Positions 9,060-17,943 of a stretch of 64,000 nt of DNA are shown piece by piece. A program made the position numbers and the translations under genes. The notes beneath the pieces were generated by a model. It searched no databases. It was not told the DNA's origin and saw nothing but the letters and a program-made list of their open reading frames with translations. This DNA is from Candidatus Omnitrophota bacterium (lineage in GTDB: Bacteria > Omnitrophota > Gorgyraeia > Zapsychrales > JANLHA01): positions 6,361 through 70,360 of the forward strand of contig JAKLFA010000004.1 of NCBI GenBank assembly GCA_022711395.1, in the 5' to 3' direction. Within the stretch, counting starts at the first letter, position 1, and every line of letters begins with the position of its first letter.

Positions 9060-9800
9060 TCAGTTATCATGTTGTGCTAACCCGTTATAAACTACCCACT
9101 TATCTTTCTGGCGTTCCTCTTGAAGCATCCCCCTCTCAACGGGATGAAGGTCATGCTCAACCTTATCAAAAACATAGTGCGTTAAAAAAGATTGCCGTAG
9201 CTGCTGAGCGGTCAACGGAAGGTTGGCAATAAAATCAGAATGGTCCCGGCCTTTACGATATTCAGGCGCCTGGGCCGGCATTTTCAGATATCGCTGGCAC
9301 AGCTTGAGGTCCATGCCGTAAAGCAACGTTCCATGATGAAGAATGAAGCCGCGCGCCCTGCGCTGGGCATTGCCGGAAAATTTGCGCAACGTCCCTTCAA
9401 ACGCAAGGTCAGAGATCGGGCAAAAACAGGCCGCCACGCCTGCGGACGCCAGCAGATGGATGACCGGCCCCAAGATCGCCTGATAAGAGGCGCGCAGGTC
9501 CGCGATCCTGGGATCATTGCTTTTCGAAAGCACGAAGGTAAAATTCAAACAGCCGGGCCCCTGGACCACCGTCCCGCCTCCTGAGCTGCGCCTGAACACG
9601 GAGACGCGGTCTGCGACCACCTGTTCCAGCCAAAGTTCTTCCTCAGGTCTTCCAACCCTTCCCAAGACGATAGACACGCTTGGGGATTCCCAAAGACGGA
9701 AACATTCGGGCAGAAGTCCTTTTTCACAGCATTGAAGCAGGACATCATCGTAGATGATCTGGTCCAAAGGAGATGTTAAAGAGACATCTTTAAAGATCAT
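9060..9800 (-). CDS. Lipoate-protein ligase / octanoyltransferase family protein (BPL/LPL catalytic domain)
   Basis: 246 aa. RRSSGGGTVVQGPG and the lysine-containing FEGTLRKFSGNAQRR motif. Lies directly downstream of gcvPB, matching a lipoylation role for GcvH. Confidence 0.65.
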   Translation of the reverse strand: MIFKDVSLTSPLDQIIYDDVLLQCCEKGLLPECFRLWESPSVSIVLGRVGRPEEELWLEQVVADRVSVFRRSSGGGTVVQGPGCLNFTFVLSKSNDPRIADLRASYQAILGPVIHLLASAGVAACFCPISDLAFEGTLRKFSGNAQRRARGFILHHGTLLYGMDLKLCQRYLKMPAQAPEYRKGRDHSDFIANLPLTAQQLRQSFLTHYVFDKVEHDLHPVERGMLQEERQKDKWVVYNGLAQHDN

Positions 9801-9817
9801 GGCCGTTTAGGGAATGT

Positions 9818-11266
9818 TCAATCAAAAAAATTCACATTCAGGTCTTTAACCGCCTTGACTTCATCCGGGCGGGAAATCGGCATCGTTTTAGGAAAGGCAT
9901 GGAACGCCTCGGGGTCGCGGGCAGCCAAATCTGCCGCATCCATCATGCATTGAATGAACCGGTCGATTGTTTGTTTAGATTCTGTTTCCGTCGGTTCGAT
10001 CATCATGGCCTCACGCACGATCAGCGGAAAATAGACCGTCATGGGATGGATTCCCTGATCAATCAGGTATTTTGCCAGATCGATGGCGTGCACCCCGTTT
10101 TTGGATTGCGCGCAGGCTGAAAAAACGCATTCATGCATACAGGTCCGGTCAAAAGGAAGGTCAAAGACGCCCTTCAAGCGGGCCATGACATAATTGGCGT
10201 TCAGGACGGCGTGATCGCTCACCTGTTTCAAACCTTCTTTACCGAGCAAAAGAATATACGCGTAGGCACGGACGATCACCGCGAAATTCCCGTAAAAGGA
10301 CGCGACATAACCAATAGATTCCGGATAATCATAGTTCAGACGAAAGGTCCCGTCATCCCGCCGGACAACGCGCGAGACCGGAAGATACGGCATTAATTTC
10401 GGCCCCACCCCCACCGGTCCGGCACCTGGCCCACCGCCGCCGTGTGGCGTAGAAAATGTTTTATGAAGGTTGATGTGCATCACATCAAAACCCAGGTCCC
10501 CCGGGCGGCAACGGCCCAGGACCGCGTTCAGGTTCGCTCCGTCGTAATACATCAGCCCGTCCACCTTATGGACCATCTGCGCGATCTTATCGATATCTCT
10601 GTTGAAGATCCCGGCGGTATCCGGGCAGGTAAGCATGATCCCAGCCACCTCATCGGTGAGCGCGCGCTCGAGAGCCGCAAGGTCCATGACCCCCTCTTCA
10701 GTCGAGGGAATTGTGATCGTTTGAAATCCGGCGATCGCAGCGGATGCGGGGTTGGTCCCATGCGCGGAGTCCGGAGCGATAATATATTTCTTCCTGTTCT
10801 TTTTGGCTTTATGATACGCCGCGATCATCATGGCCCCGGTCAGCTCCCCATGCGCCCCGGCCAGCGGCTGGAGCGTGAAAGCGGAAAATCCGGTGATCTC
10901 GCACAGCAATTGTTCCATTTCATAGAGGATCGCCAATGCTCCCTGCACAAGCCGGTCCCCGCTTGCCAACTGCGGCAAAAGCGGATGCAGGTCCGCCAAG
11001 CCGGACATGGCCGCCAAAACTTCGGTAAAACGAGGGTTATATTTCATCGTGCAGGATCCCAGGGGATAAAAGTTCCCATCCACCGAAAAATTCCTGCGGG
11101 ACAATGCCATAAAATGCCGCACCACATCCAGTTCGCCAACCTCGGGTAAAGTCGGGGATTGCGGACGGACATACTTTGCCGCCAGCGGCTTTGCTGATGG
11201 AACATCCGATTCAGGCAGCGAATACCCGCGGCGTCCTTCAATGCTCTTTTCGAAGATCAGGTCCAT
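9818..11266 (-). CDS. gcvPB: Glycine dehydrogenase (decarboxylating) subunit 2
   Basis: 482 aa PLP enzyme. INLHKTFSTPHGGGGPG motif. Follows gcvPA. Confidence 0.9.
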   Translation of the reverse strand: MDLIFEKSIEGRRGYSLPESDVPSAKPLAAKYVRPQSPTLPEVGELDVVRHFMALSRRNFSVDGNFYPLGSCTMKYNPRFTEVLAAMSGLADLHPLLPQLASGDRLVQGALAILYEMEQLLCEITGFSAFTLQPLAGAHGELTGAMMIAAYHKAKKNRKKYIIAPDSAHGTNPASAAIAGFQTITIPSTEEGVMDLAALERALTDEVAGIMLTCPDTAGIFNRDIDKIAQMVHKVDGLMYYDGANLNAVLGRCRPGDLGFDVMHINLHKTFSTPHGGGGPGAGPVGVGPKLMPYLPVSRVVRRDDGTFRLNYDYPESIGYVASFYGNFAVIVRAYAYILLLGKEGLKQVSDHAVLNANYVMARLKGVFDLPFDRTCMHECVFSACAQSKNGVHAIDLAKYLIDQGIHPMTVYFPLIVREAMMIEPTETESKQTIDRFIQCMMDAADLAARDPEAFHAFPKTMPISRPDEVKAVKDLNVNFFD

Positions 11267-11267
11267 A

Positions 11268-12629
11268 TTAAATTTTTCCTAAGACATCCTTTAATTGCTG
11301 CGCATAGCGCTCAATGTCGTTCCGCGTCCGCTTTTCCGTTACCGCGACCGTCATATACTGCGTCATGCCCGGATAATATTTAGAAAGCGGAAAACCAGCC
11401 GCGATCCCCCGGGATATCATCGCTTCCACGACCGCTTCCGCGGGCTTGGGCAGCGACACCGTGAATTCATTGAACGTCGGAGCGGCCCGTTTGACCTCAA
11501 CCCCCGGGATCTGCCCGATCAAATGTTTGGCGTATTCGGCCTTATCAAAGATCAGCCGTGCCAGATCCCTGATCCCCTGACGGCCCAGCAGACTCAAATA
11601 CATCGCCGCCTGCACCGCGCACAAGGAAACATTGGTGCAAATATTGGATGTCGCTTTTTCCCGGCGGATATGCTGCTCACGGGCCTGCAAGGTATTGACA
11701 AAACATCGACGCCCTTGTGCGTCCACGGTCTCACCCACGATACGGCCGGGCATTTTCCGAATATATTCTTTTTTGGTCACCATAAAACCAAGATACGGCC
11801 CGCCGAAATTCAATGGCAACCCCAGGCTCTGTCCTTCGCCGGTGGCGATGTCCACTCCCATTTGACCGGGGGTCTTGACCATCCCCAACGCGATCGGATA
11901 CACGCTCTGGATCACCAGCGCCCCCTTGGCATGGGCCATCTTAACAATATCACTATGATCATCCACCGCGCCGAAAAAGTTTGGATTCTGAACGATCACG
12001 GCCGATGTCTGATCGTCCAAGAATTTCTCGATCTGCCCACGGTCGCTCTGGCCATGAGCAGGACCCACTTCAACAAATTCAATGTTCAGGTTATCCGTAT
12101 AGGAACGGATCATCTTGCGGTAAATGGGGCTTACTCCTCCATCCACGATCACTTTATTGCGCCCGTTGACCCGCAGGGCCATCATCATGGCCTCATAGAG
12201 CGCGGTGCCACCGTCATATAACGAAGCGTTTGAAACCTCCATCTCCGTCAGGGCGCACAATGAACTTTGATATTCATAGAGCGCCTGAAGCGTGCCCTGG
12301 GAACATTCCGGCTGATAGGGAGTATACGCCGTTAAGAATTCCCCCCGGCTGATCAAAGACGGAATGACTGCCGGGATATAATGATCGTAATATCCGCCCC
12401 CGACGAACAAAAGCAATTCTTGCGCGTTACGGCGGGCCAAACCGCGCACGTGTTCCACCACTTCATACTCAGAACGGCCCTTCGGAAGGTCAAACGACTT
12501 GGGGCCATGCTGCGGCTGAATGTCATGAAAGAGATCATCAATCCTTTCGACGCCGATCACCTCAAGCATCGTTCGGACATCATCCTCTGTGTTGGCAATA
12601 TACGGATTCAACGACACAACCTTTCTCAC
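11268..12629 (-). CDS. gcvPA: Glycine dehydrogenase (decarboxylating) subunit 1
   Basis: 453 aa. Typical GcvPA N-terminal subunit, sitting between gcvH and gcvPB. Confidence 0.9.
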   Translation of the reverse strand: MRKVVSLNPYIANTEDDVRTMLEVIGVERIDDLFHDIQPQHGPKSFDLPKGRSEYEVVEHVRGLARRNAQELLLFVGGGYYDHYIPAVIPSLISRGEFLTAYTPYQPECSQGTLQALYEYQSSLCALTEMEVSNASLYDGGTALYEAMMMALRVNGRNKVIVDGGVSPIYRKMIRSYTDNLNIEFVEVGPAHGQSDRGQIEKFLDDQTSAVIVQNPNFFGAVDDHSDIVKMAHAKGALVIQSVYPIALGMVKTPGQMGVDIATGEGQSLGLPLNFGGPYLGFMVTKKEYIRKMPGRIVGETVDAQGRRCFVNTLQAREQHIRREKATSNICTNVSLCAVQAAMYLSLLGRQGIRDLARLIFDKAEYAKHLIGQIPGVEVKRAAPTFNEFTVSLPKPAEAVVEAMISRGIAAGFPLSKYYPGMTQYMTVAVTEKRTRNDIERYAQQLKDVLGKI

Positions 12630-12692
12630 AAATTTATATCAGCTTCACAAACCAGGCGGGTTTTGAAGGCGAGCATCGTATTCGCTAGATTT

Positions 12693-13079
12693 TTATTCCA
12701 GACTTTCCAAATAGGTCCGGTATTCCTCAGCGCCCATGAGCTTTGAAGTCTCCTCTTCAGAAGCGATCTTAACTTTCGCGATCCACCCCAGCTCATAACA
12801 ACTTTTGTTCAAGAGTTCCGGGCAGTCCACCAATTCCGAGTTCACTTCGATCACCTTTCCGCTTAAAGGGGAATACACATCATTGGCCGCCTTGACGGAC
12901 TCCACAGAGGCCAGTTGCTCGAACTGCTCGACCTCCATGTCCACGTTCGGCAATTCGATGAACGTGATGTCTCCCATCGCGTCCTGAGCGTATTCAGTGA
13001 TCCCGACGGTGGCAACGCCATCGTCAATGGAGACCCACTCATGCTCCTTGGTATAGAACAAATGATCAATCACCTCCAT
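12693..13079 (-). CDS. gcvH: Glycine cleavage system H protein
   Basis: 128 aa. Lipoyl-lysine motif ESVKAANDVYSPLSGKV. Confidence 0.9.
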   Translation of the reverse strand: MEVIDHLFYTKEHEWVSIDDGVATVGITEYAQDAMGDITFIELPNVDMEVEQFEQLASVESVKAANDVYSPLSGKVIEVNSELVDCPELLNKSCYELGWIAKVKIASEEETSKLMGAEEYRTYLESLE

Positions 13080-13096
13080 AAAACAACTCCTTTAAT

Positions 13097-14182
13097 TTAA
13101 GACTTTAATGAGCCACTTTTATAAATTGGCCGGCTGACCACCTGGGCCGGCGTCCGAATCTGGTCCTGACCAAAGCTGACCCGGTCTCCCGCGCCAACGG
13201 ACCCCCGTTTGACAAAAGCTAATCCGATCCCCCGGCTTAAAGCCGGACTGAACGTCCCGCTTGATACCTTACCGATACAAAGCCCATTCGCGTCAAACAA
13301 ATCCTGCCCCTCACGAGGCGACCTGCGGGAATCAGACACAAAGCAAATGATCTTCAGTTTTACGCCGGCCTCTTTTTCTTTCAATAAGGCTGACTTCCCG
13401 ATAAAATCCTTTTCCCAGCAAATAAAGGGATTCAATCCCGCTTCCAAAGGCGACCGGCCATCGTCCAGCTCATGGCCGTAAAGGCTGTAACCCATCTCAA
13501 TGCGCAGGACATCCCGAGCCCCCAGACCGGCCGGCTGGGCCCCCAAATCCAAAAGTTTTTTCCAAAACCCGACCACCTTGTCCGACGGGCAATAGATCTC
13601 GTATCCCAGTTCACCGGTGTAGCCGGTACGGCTCACGGTCACGCGTTCACCCAGCAGTGAAAATTCATCAAACGTATAATACGAAAGTTTCTCAATTCCC
13701 GCAAGAAGCGGTTTCAAAAATTCTCTTGAGCGCGGGCCCTGCACATCCAGTTTTCCGGTCCTGTCGGAAATATCCTCAAAGCAACCGGGCGTCTTAAGAT
13801 GTTTTAGAATGTGGTCCTTATCCTTTTCGATGGTCGCGCCGTTGACAACCAGCATCCAACGTTCCGGCCGCAGCCGGAACACGATCAGATCATCGATCAC
13901 TCCGCCCTTCTCATTAAGCATCGCCCCATAACGGCAGCTCTGGACGGGCAAATCCGACAAGGACTGCGTCACGATCCGGTCCAAACCGATGGCCCCGGCA
14001 TCGCCCTCTAAAATGAATTCCCCCATATGGCAGATGTCAAAAACCGCCACGTCCTGACGGACAGCCCCGTATTCAGCGATAATGCTTTCATACTGGACAG
14101 GCATGTCCCAGCCGCCGAACGGGACCATTTTGGCCTGCAGCCTCAGATGGTCATCATAGATAGGGGTTTGTTTCAAAGGCAT
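13097..14182 (-). CDS. gcvT: Glycine cleavage system aminomethyltransferase T
   Basis: 361 aa. GcvT fold motifs. First gene of the gcvT-H-PA-PB cluster. Confidence 0.9.
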   Translation of the reverse strand: MPLKQTPIYDDHLRLQAKMVPFGGWDMPVQYESIIAEYGAVRQDVAVFDICHMGEFILEGDAGAIGLDRIVTQSLSDLPVQSCRYGAMLNEKGGVIDDLIVFRLRPERWMLVVNGATIEKDKDHILKHLKTPGCFEDISDRTGKLDVQGPRSREFLKPLLAGIEKLSYYTFDEFSLLGERVTVSRTGYTGELGYEIYCPSDKVVGFWKKLLDLGAQPAGLGARDVLRIEMGYSLYGHELDDGRSPLEAGLNPFICWEKDFIGKSALLKEKEAGVKLKIICFVSDSRRSPREGQDLFDANGLCIGKVSSGTFSPALSRGIGLAFVKRGSVGAGDRVSFGQDQIRTPAQVVSRPIYKSGSLKS

Positions 14183-14320
14183 AACAATTTCTTGGGAATC
14201 ATGTTTGTATTTAAGGAAAATTTATCGTTGAGCTATCTTATAAAAATCTCTTTTACTTGTAAAGGAGATTTCATGATTTAGAAGACCGGGCAAGCGCCCC
14301 TGGCAGAAAATCAGCACGGC

Positions 14321-15631
14321 CTATTTCAAAAAATATCTCACCCAAATATAAAACGCGGAAACTACGACTGACAGCAGCATCAGCGGAAACCCGTAATAGG
14401 TAAAGCTCATAAATGAGATCGGGTATTTGTTCTTGGCGCTGATCTTCGAAATGACCACGTTCGCTGAAGCTCCGATCAATGTCCCATTGCCTCCCAGGCA
14501 AGCCCCCAATGCCAGTGCCCACCACAAGGGTTGCGCGGTCAGCCCGTTGATCGACACCGCAGAACCTGCTTCATGCGGCAGCTGCACGATCACTTCTTTA
14601 ATAAGCGGGACCATCGCCATAACGAACGGAATGTTATCCAGAACGGCGGAAAACAGCGCGCTCGAAAACAAAATGATCATCGATAAAAGGAACGCGTCCG
14701 TCCCGGCCACGGCAACGATCTGATTAGCTAAAAAATGAATGACCCCATTGTGCTCAAGCCCGGCAACGAGCATGAAGAGCCCGACAAAAAAGAAGATCAC
14801 CCCCCATTCAATATGCACCAGGTCCCGATCGATCTCACCGCCGCAGATCAGGACCATGATCATCGCCCCGCACAGCGCAATGATCCCGGGCTCTAATCCT
14901 GTCAGCGTATGGGTCACAAACGCCAGCAGGACCCCCGCCAAGATGATCAAAGCGCGACGCATGTTCTTACCGTCCACAATGGCCAGGCGAGGCAGCGCCT
15001 CCGTAACCCTGGCCTTGATCTGCCCAGGAACATTCCATCCCCGGCGAAAGAGAACATAAATAACAAGCAGCAGGACCGCCATGACAAAAACGATGCACGG
15101 AGCCAAATTGAACAAAAAGTCATTGAAGGATAATCCGGTCTGCGAACCGATGAGGATGTTGGGCGGATCCCCGATCAGAGTGGCCGCTCCACCGGCATTA
15201 GAGGATATCGCTTCAAGGATCAAAAAAGGAACGGGCGAGATCTCTAAAAGCTGCGCAATCAGGATCGTTACCGGCGCCATAAGAATAACAGTCGTGACGT
15301 TATCCAGGAACGCCGAGACCACAGCCGTGATCAGGATAAAAAGCAGCATGATCCTCAACGGGCTTCCCTTTGTCATTTTAGCGACCGATACCGCCAGCCA
15401 TTCAAAAAATCCGGTCCGCGAAAGGACGTTCATGCACACCATCATGCCCACTAAAAGGAAGATCACGTTCAGATCCACCGCTGACGCTGCTTTTTCGAAC
15501 GGAACCAATCTCAGCGCAAGCATGAACGCCGCCCCCAGGATCACCGCGATCGTCTTTTCCATTTTTTCCGTGGCGATCAGCACGTAAACCACTGTGAAAA
15601 TGATGATAGACAAAACCATACCGGACGCCAT
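14321..15631 (-). CDS. ArsB/NhaD/SLC13 (CitMHS) superfamily permease
   Basis: 436 aa with about 10-12 TM helices. Glycine-rich re-entrant-loop-like motifs typical of this ion-transporter superfamily. Confidence 0.7.
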   Translation of the reverse strand: MASGMVLSIIIFTVVYVLIATEKMEKTIAVILGAAFMLALRLVPFEKAASAVDLNVIFLLVGMMVCMNVLSRTGFFEWLAVSVAKMTKGSPLRIMLLFILITAVVSAFLDNVTTVILMAPVTILIAQLLEISPVPFLILEAISSNAGGAATLIGDPPNILIGSQTGLSFNDFLFNLAPCIVFVMAVLLLVIYVLFRRGWNVPGQIKARVTEALPRLAIVDGKNMRRALIILAGVLLAFVTHTLTGLEPGIIALCGAMIMVLICGGEIDRDLVHIEWGVIFFFVGLFMLVAGLEHNGVIHFLANQIVAVAGTDAFLLSMIILFSSALFSAVLDNIPFVMAMVPLIKEVIVQLPHEAGSAVSINGLTAQPLWWALALGACLGGNGTLIGASANVVISKISAKNKYPISFMSFTYYGFPLMLLSVVVSAFYIWVRYFLK

Positions 15632-15676
15632 TTGACTACCCCTTCCTGAGAATGGCCCAAAAGGCCTTTTGAATAT

Positions 15677-16603
15677 TTAGAAGAACAAAATCTTATCGAT
15701 GATCGAAAACCGGTCGATCTCCCCGATCAACCGCCCATCCTTGACCACAAAAAGCCGGAGTTTATTTTTGACCGCCAGCTGGAAAACGATCTCCACCAGC
15801 GTGGCATCTTCCGGGATCGTTGTTCCGGGGTTTGTGGGGATGTCCTTCACCGCCAGGTCACTGCTGACCTTGAAATATTTTTCAAACGGGTCAAAATTCT
15901 TGATGAACGACACCGTATTGAGCTGATGAAAAAAGTCCGGGATACTGTAGTCAAAGATATGAAAACAGGATATCTCCCCACAAAATCTGCCATCATGGTC
16001 CAGGATCGGCAGGACATCCTGCTGGGATAAATGCATCTGCCGGGCCACATCTTCCACACGGGAATCCAGCCTCGCCACGACCTTGGCCGGACGCATGATG
16101 TCTTTGGCCAGGATCACGTGGCGTATCTCAAAACACTTCGTGGTCAATTCCCGGACGATCTGCTGAGGAGTCGCGGTCAACGCGAAAGACCGTATATCTT
16201 TATGTGAACTTGCGCAACGGGCCACCGCCGCCATGGTCCGAAGGATCGTATACGGTTCGTCACCCGGAGAAATCATCAAACAAATAAAGTGAACCGCCTT
16301 TTGATCCGGGCTCGCGAAATCAATACCCTGACGGCTCAAACCGAACACCAAAGAAAACTCTTTCCATCCCTTGATCCGGGCATGCGGAAAGGCCACATGA
16401 TCCCCGACGCCCGTGCTTAAGATCTCTTCCCTGGCCAGGACCTCTTTTAAAACGTCCTGCTGGTTGAGTGGAGCTCCGGATGCTGATTTCAGCTGAAAAA
16501 GCCGGTCCAGCAATTCAGCGATGGCTTCTTCCTTGGTCCGGGCACGCAGATCCGGAACAATCGCCTCCTCGGTCACAAATTTTGAAATATCGATCTCTGT
16601 CAT
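15677..16603 (-). CDS. PTS EIIA(fructose/Ntr-type) domain fused to a CBS-domain pair (regulatory protein)
   Basis: 308 aa. The N-terminal EIIA-2 domain carries the phospho-His context GDHVAFPHAR. The C-terminal half has two CBS motifs. Confidence 0.7.
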   Translation of the reverse strand: MTEIDISKFVTEEAIVPDLRARTKEEAIAELLDRLFQLKSASGAPLNQQDVLKEVLAREEILSTGVGDHVAFPHARIKGWKEFSLVFGLSRQGIDFASPDQKAVHFICLMISPGDEPYTILRTMAAVARCASSHKDIRSFALTATPQQIVRELTTKCFEIRHVILAKDIMRPAKVVARLDSRVEDVARQMHLSQQDVLPILDHDGRFCGEISCFHIFDYSIPDFFHQLNTVSFIKNFDPFEKYFKVSSDLAVKDIPTNPGTTIPEDATLVEIVFQLAVKNKLRLFVVKDGRLIGEIDRFSIIDKILFF

Positions 16604-16769
16604 AATGCACCTCTTCGTATCATAGGCAGCGCATTCACACTGCCATTCGAAGATTTAAAAGTTGTAGGGGGAATAATTCGTGTATTATAACTCTGCGGGG
16701 TTTTCCTGCAAGAGGTTTCTTTTACTGCAGTATGGATCGGAACGCCCGCACGGACTTTCAGATAAATAA

Positions 16770-16843
16770 CGCGCCTGGAGAGATTCGAACTCCCGACACC
16801 CTGCTCCGAAGGCAGGTGCTCTATCCAGCTGAGCTACAGGCGC
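16770..16843 (-). tRNA. tRNA-Arg (anticodon TCG)
   Basis: Minus-strand sequence GCGCCTGTAGCTCAGCTGGATAGAGCACCTGCCTTCGGAGCAGGGTGTCGGGAGTTCGAATCTCTCCAGGCGCG folds as a cloverleaf by hand. It has a 7-bp acceptor stem, a GCTC/GAGC D-stem, a CCTGC/GCAGG anticodon stem with loop CTTCGGA (U33 present) and a TTCGAAT T-loop. CCA is not encoded. Confidence 0.85.
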
Positions 16844-16932
16844 AAGTGGAGACATTATAACAACCCCCAAAAAAATGGCAAGGGGCTTTTCTTCCCCCAG
16901 CGAAAAGGAAATCTTGATTCGAAAAGATTTCC

Positions 16933-17706
16933 TTGAAAGACCGCTCTTTAGCGGGTACATTTAAAATACCGATGAAAGTCTGTCCAAAATGCGATAACCT
17001 GTTCCAGGAACAAACCATGGCCTGCAGCCGCTGCCAGGTCCATCTCATTGAGATCTCCCTGCCGGAAGCCATCAAGCGTTCCAACGTCCGGTCATTCCAA
17101 AAGGCGATCATCGGTGGAGACACAAAAGAACTTTCCGATGAGCACATCCAGTACCATATCCGCAGTTTCCTGGGAAACCGCACGCTGTTCCTGGATTTTG
17201 ATATTCAAAAAAACCGCATCAAGCACGGCCGCAAACTGAAACGGTTCCTCATCGCGCCGTTCAATATGACATGCGTCTTCAATATCCCCTGGCTCCTTTT
17301 TAACATCATGAGCTCAAATCTTTTCCACTTGACCCATTTGGGATACTGCAGCCGGTGCAACTGCAAACACATTCCCGGCAGGCATTCGCAGGACCAGTGC
17401 GATTACAATATCGAATATTTCAATATTCTGGAGGACATCTTAAACGGACAGATCGTCCAGCGCCGATCCTTTTATCAGACCTACGCCCTGGAACAGGCCT
17501 ACAAAAAGAAACCCAGCGCTTATACCGACCTGTTCTGTCGTAAAGTGCGCTGGGAAGCGTTCTGGGACATTGTTTCGATCACGCTGTCCGTTCTCTTGTG
17601 GGTCTTTATCGTTGTTTTCGTCGCTTACCCGATGGCGATGATGCTGACCCAGAAACTGATGTATATCGACTCCTACGAATTCGGCCTTCCGGTTACGGGA
17701 GGATAA
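16933..17706 (+). CDS. Hypothetical protein with N-terminal zinc-ribbon motifs and a C-terminal TM helix
   Basis: 257 aa and the only sizeable plus-strand ORF in this stretch. CPKCDN...CSRCQ and CSRCNC Cys clusters, plus a C-terminal hydrophobic helix (ITLSVLLWVFIVVFVAYPM). The real start may be M14 (MKVCPKC). Confidence 0.45.
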   Translation: MKDRSLAGTFKIPMKVCPKCDNLFQEQTMACSRCQVHLIEISLPEAIKRSNVRSFQKAIIGGDTKELSDEHIQYHIRSFLGNRTLFLDFDIQKNRIKHGRKLKRFLIAPFNMTCVFNIPWLLFNIMSSNLFHLTHLGYCSRCNCKHIPGRHSQDQCDYNIEYFNILEDILNGQIVQRRSFYQTYALEQAYKKKPSAYTDLFCRKVRWEAFWDIVSITLSVLLWVFIVVFVAYPMAMMLTQKLMYIDSYEFGLPVTGG

Positions 17707-17720
17707 TCCCCCCGCCCAGA

Positions 17721-17921
17721 CTATTTCCCTTTTTCAAACGCTTCGACGATCGATTTCACGTCCAGCTCCGCCTTTTCGATCTTGTCCTTGCAGACCTTGA
17801 TCAAACCGACCGCCTCCTTGACCTTTTTGGAAAGCTCATCTACGTCGATATCCTCGTTTTCAATCTGGCTGATAATATCCGTCAACTTCTTCATGGCTTG
17901 ACTATATTTCACTTCGGCCAC
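17721..17921 (-). CDS. xseB: Exodeoxyribonuclease VII small subunit
   Basis: 66 aa. Helical XseB signature (LEEIISQLE-like, ...KVCKDKIEKAE). Immediately downstream of xseA. Confidence 0.8.
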   Translation of the reverse strand: MAEVKYSQAMKKLTDIISQIENEDIDVDELSKKVKEAVGLIKVCKDKIEKAELDVKSIVEAFEKGK

Positions 17922-17943
17922 GGCTATCCCCCTTTATTGAAAA

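Noticed and set aside
10442-12221. Long plus-strand ORFs (235 aa and 308 aa) antisense to gcvPB and gcvPA
   Set aside because: They lie entirely inside well-supported conserved genes on the opposite strand, their translations are low-complexity and Arg/His/Pro-rich, and such stop-free antisense frames are a typical codon-bias artefact. The same applies to 2666..3430, 34865..35392, 56498..57121 and 57849..58559.
14183-14320. Expected glycine riboswitch in the gcvT leader
   Set aside because: None of the conserved aptamer blocks (GGAGAG..., CCGAAGGGGCAA, CUCAGGCAAAAGGAC) can be found on the minus-strand RNA. Only a weak A/U-rich hairpin is present. Not called without a covariance-model scan.
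15632-15676. GGCCCAAAAGGCCTTTTG as an intrinsic terminator after the PTS-EIIA/CBS gene
   Set aside because: The stem is only 4-5 bp and the T-tract lies on the plus-strand side, whereas the upstream gene is on the minus strand. Too weak to call.
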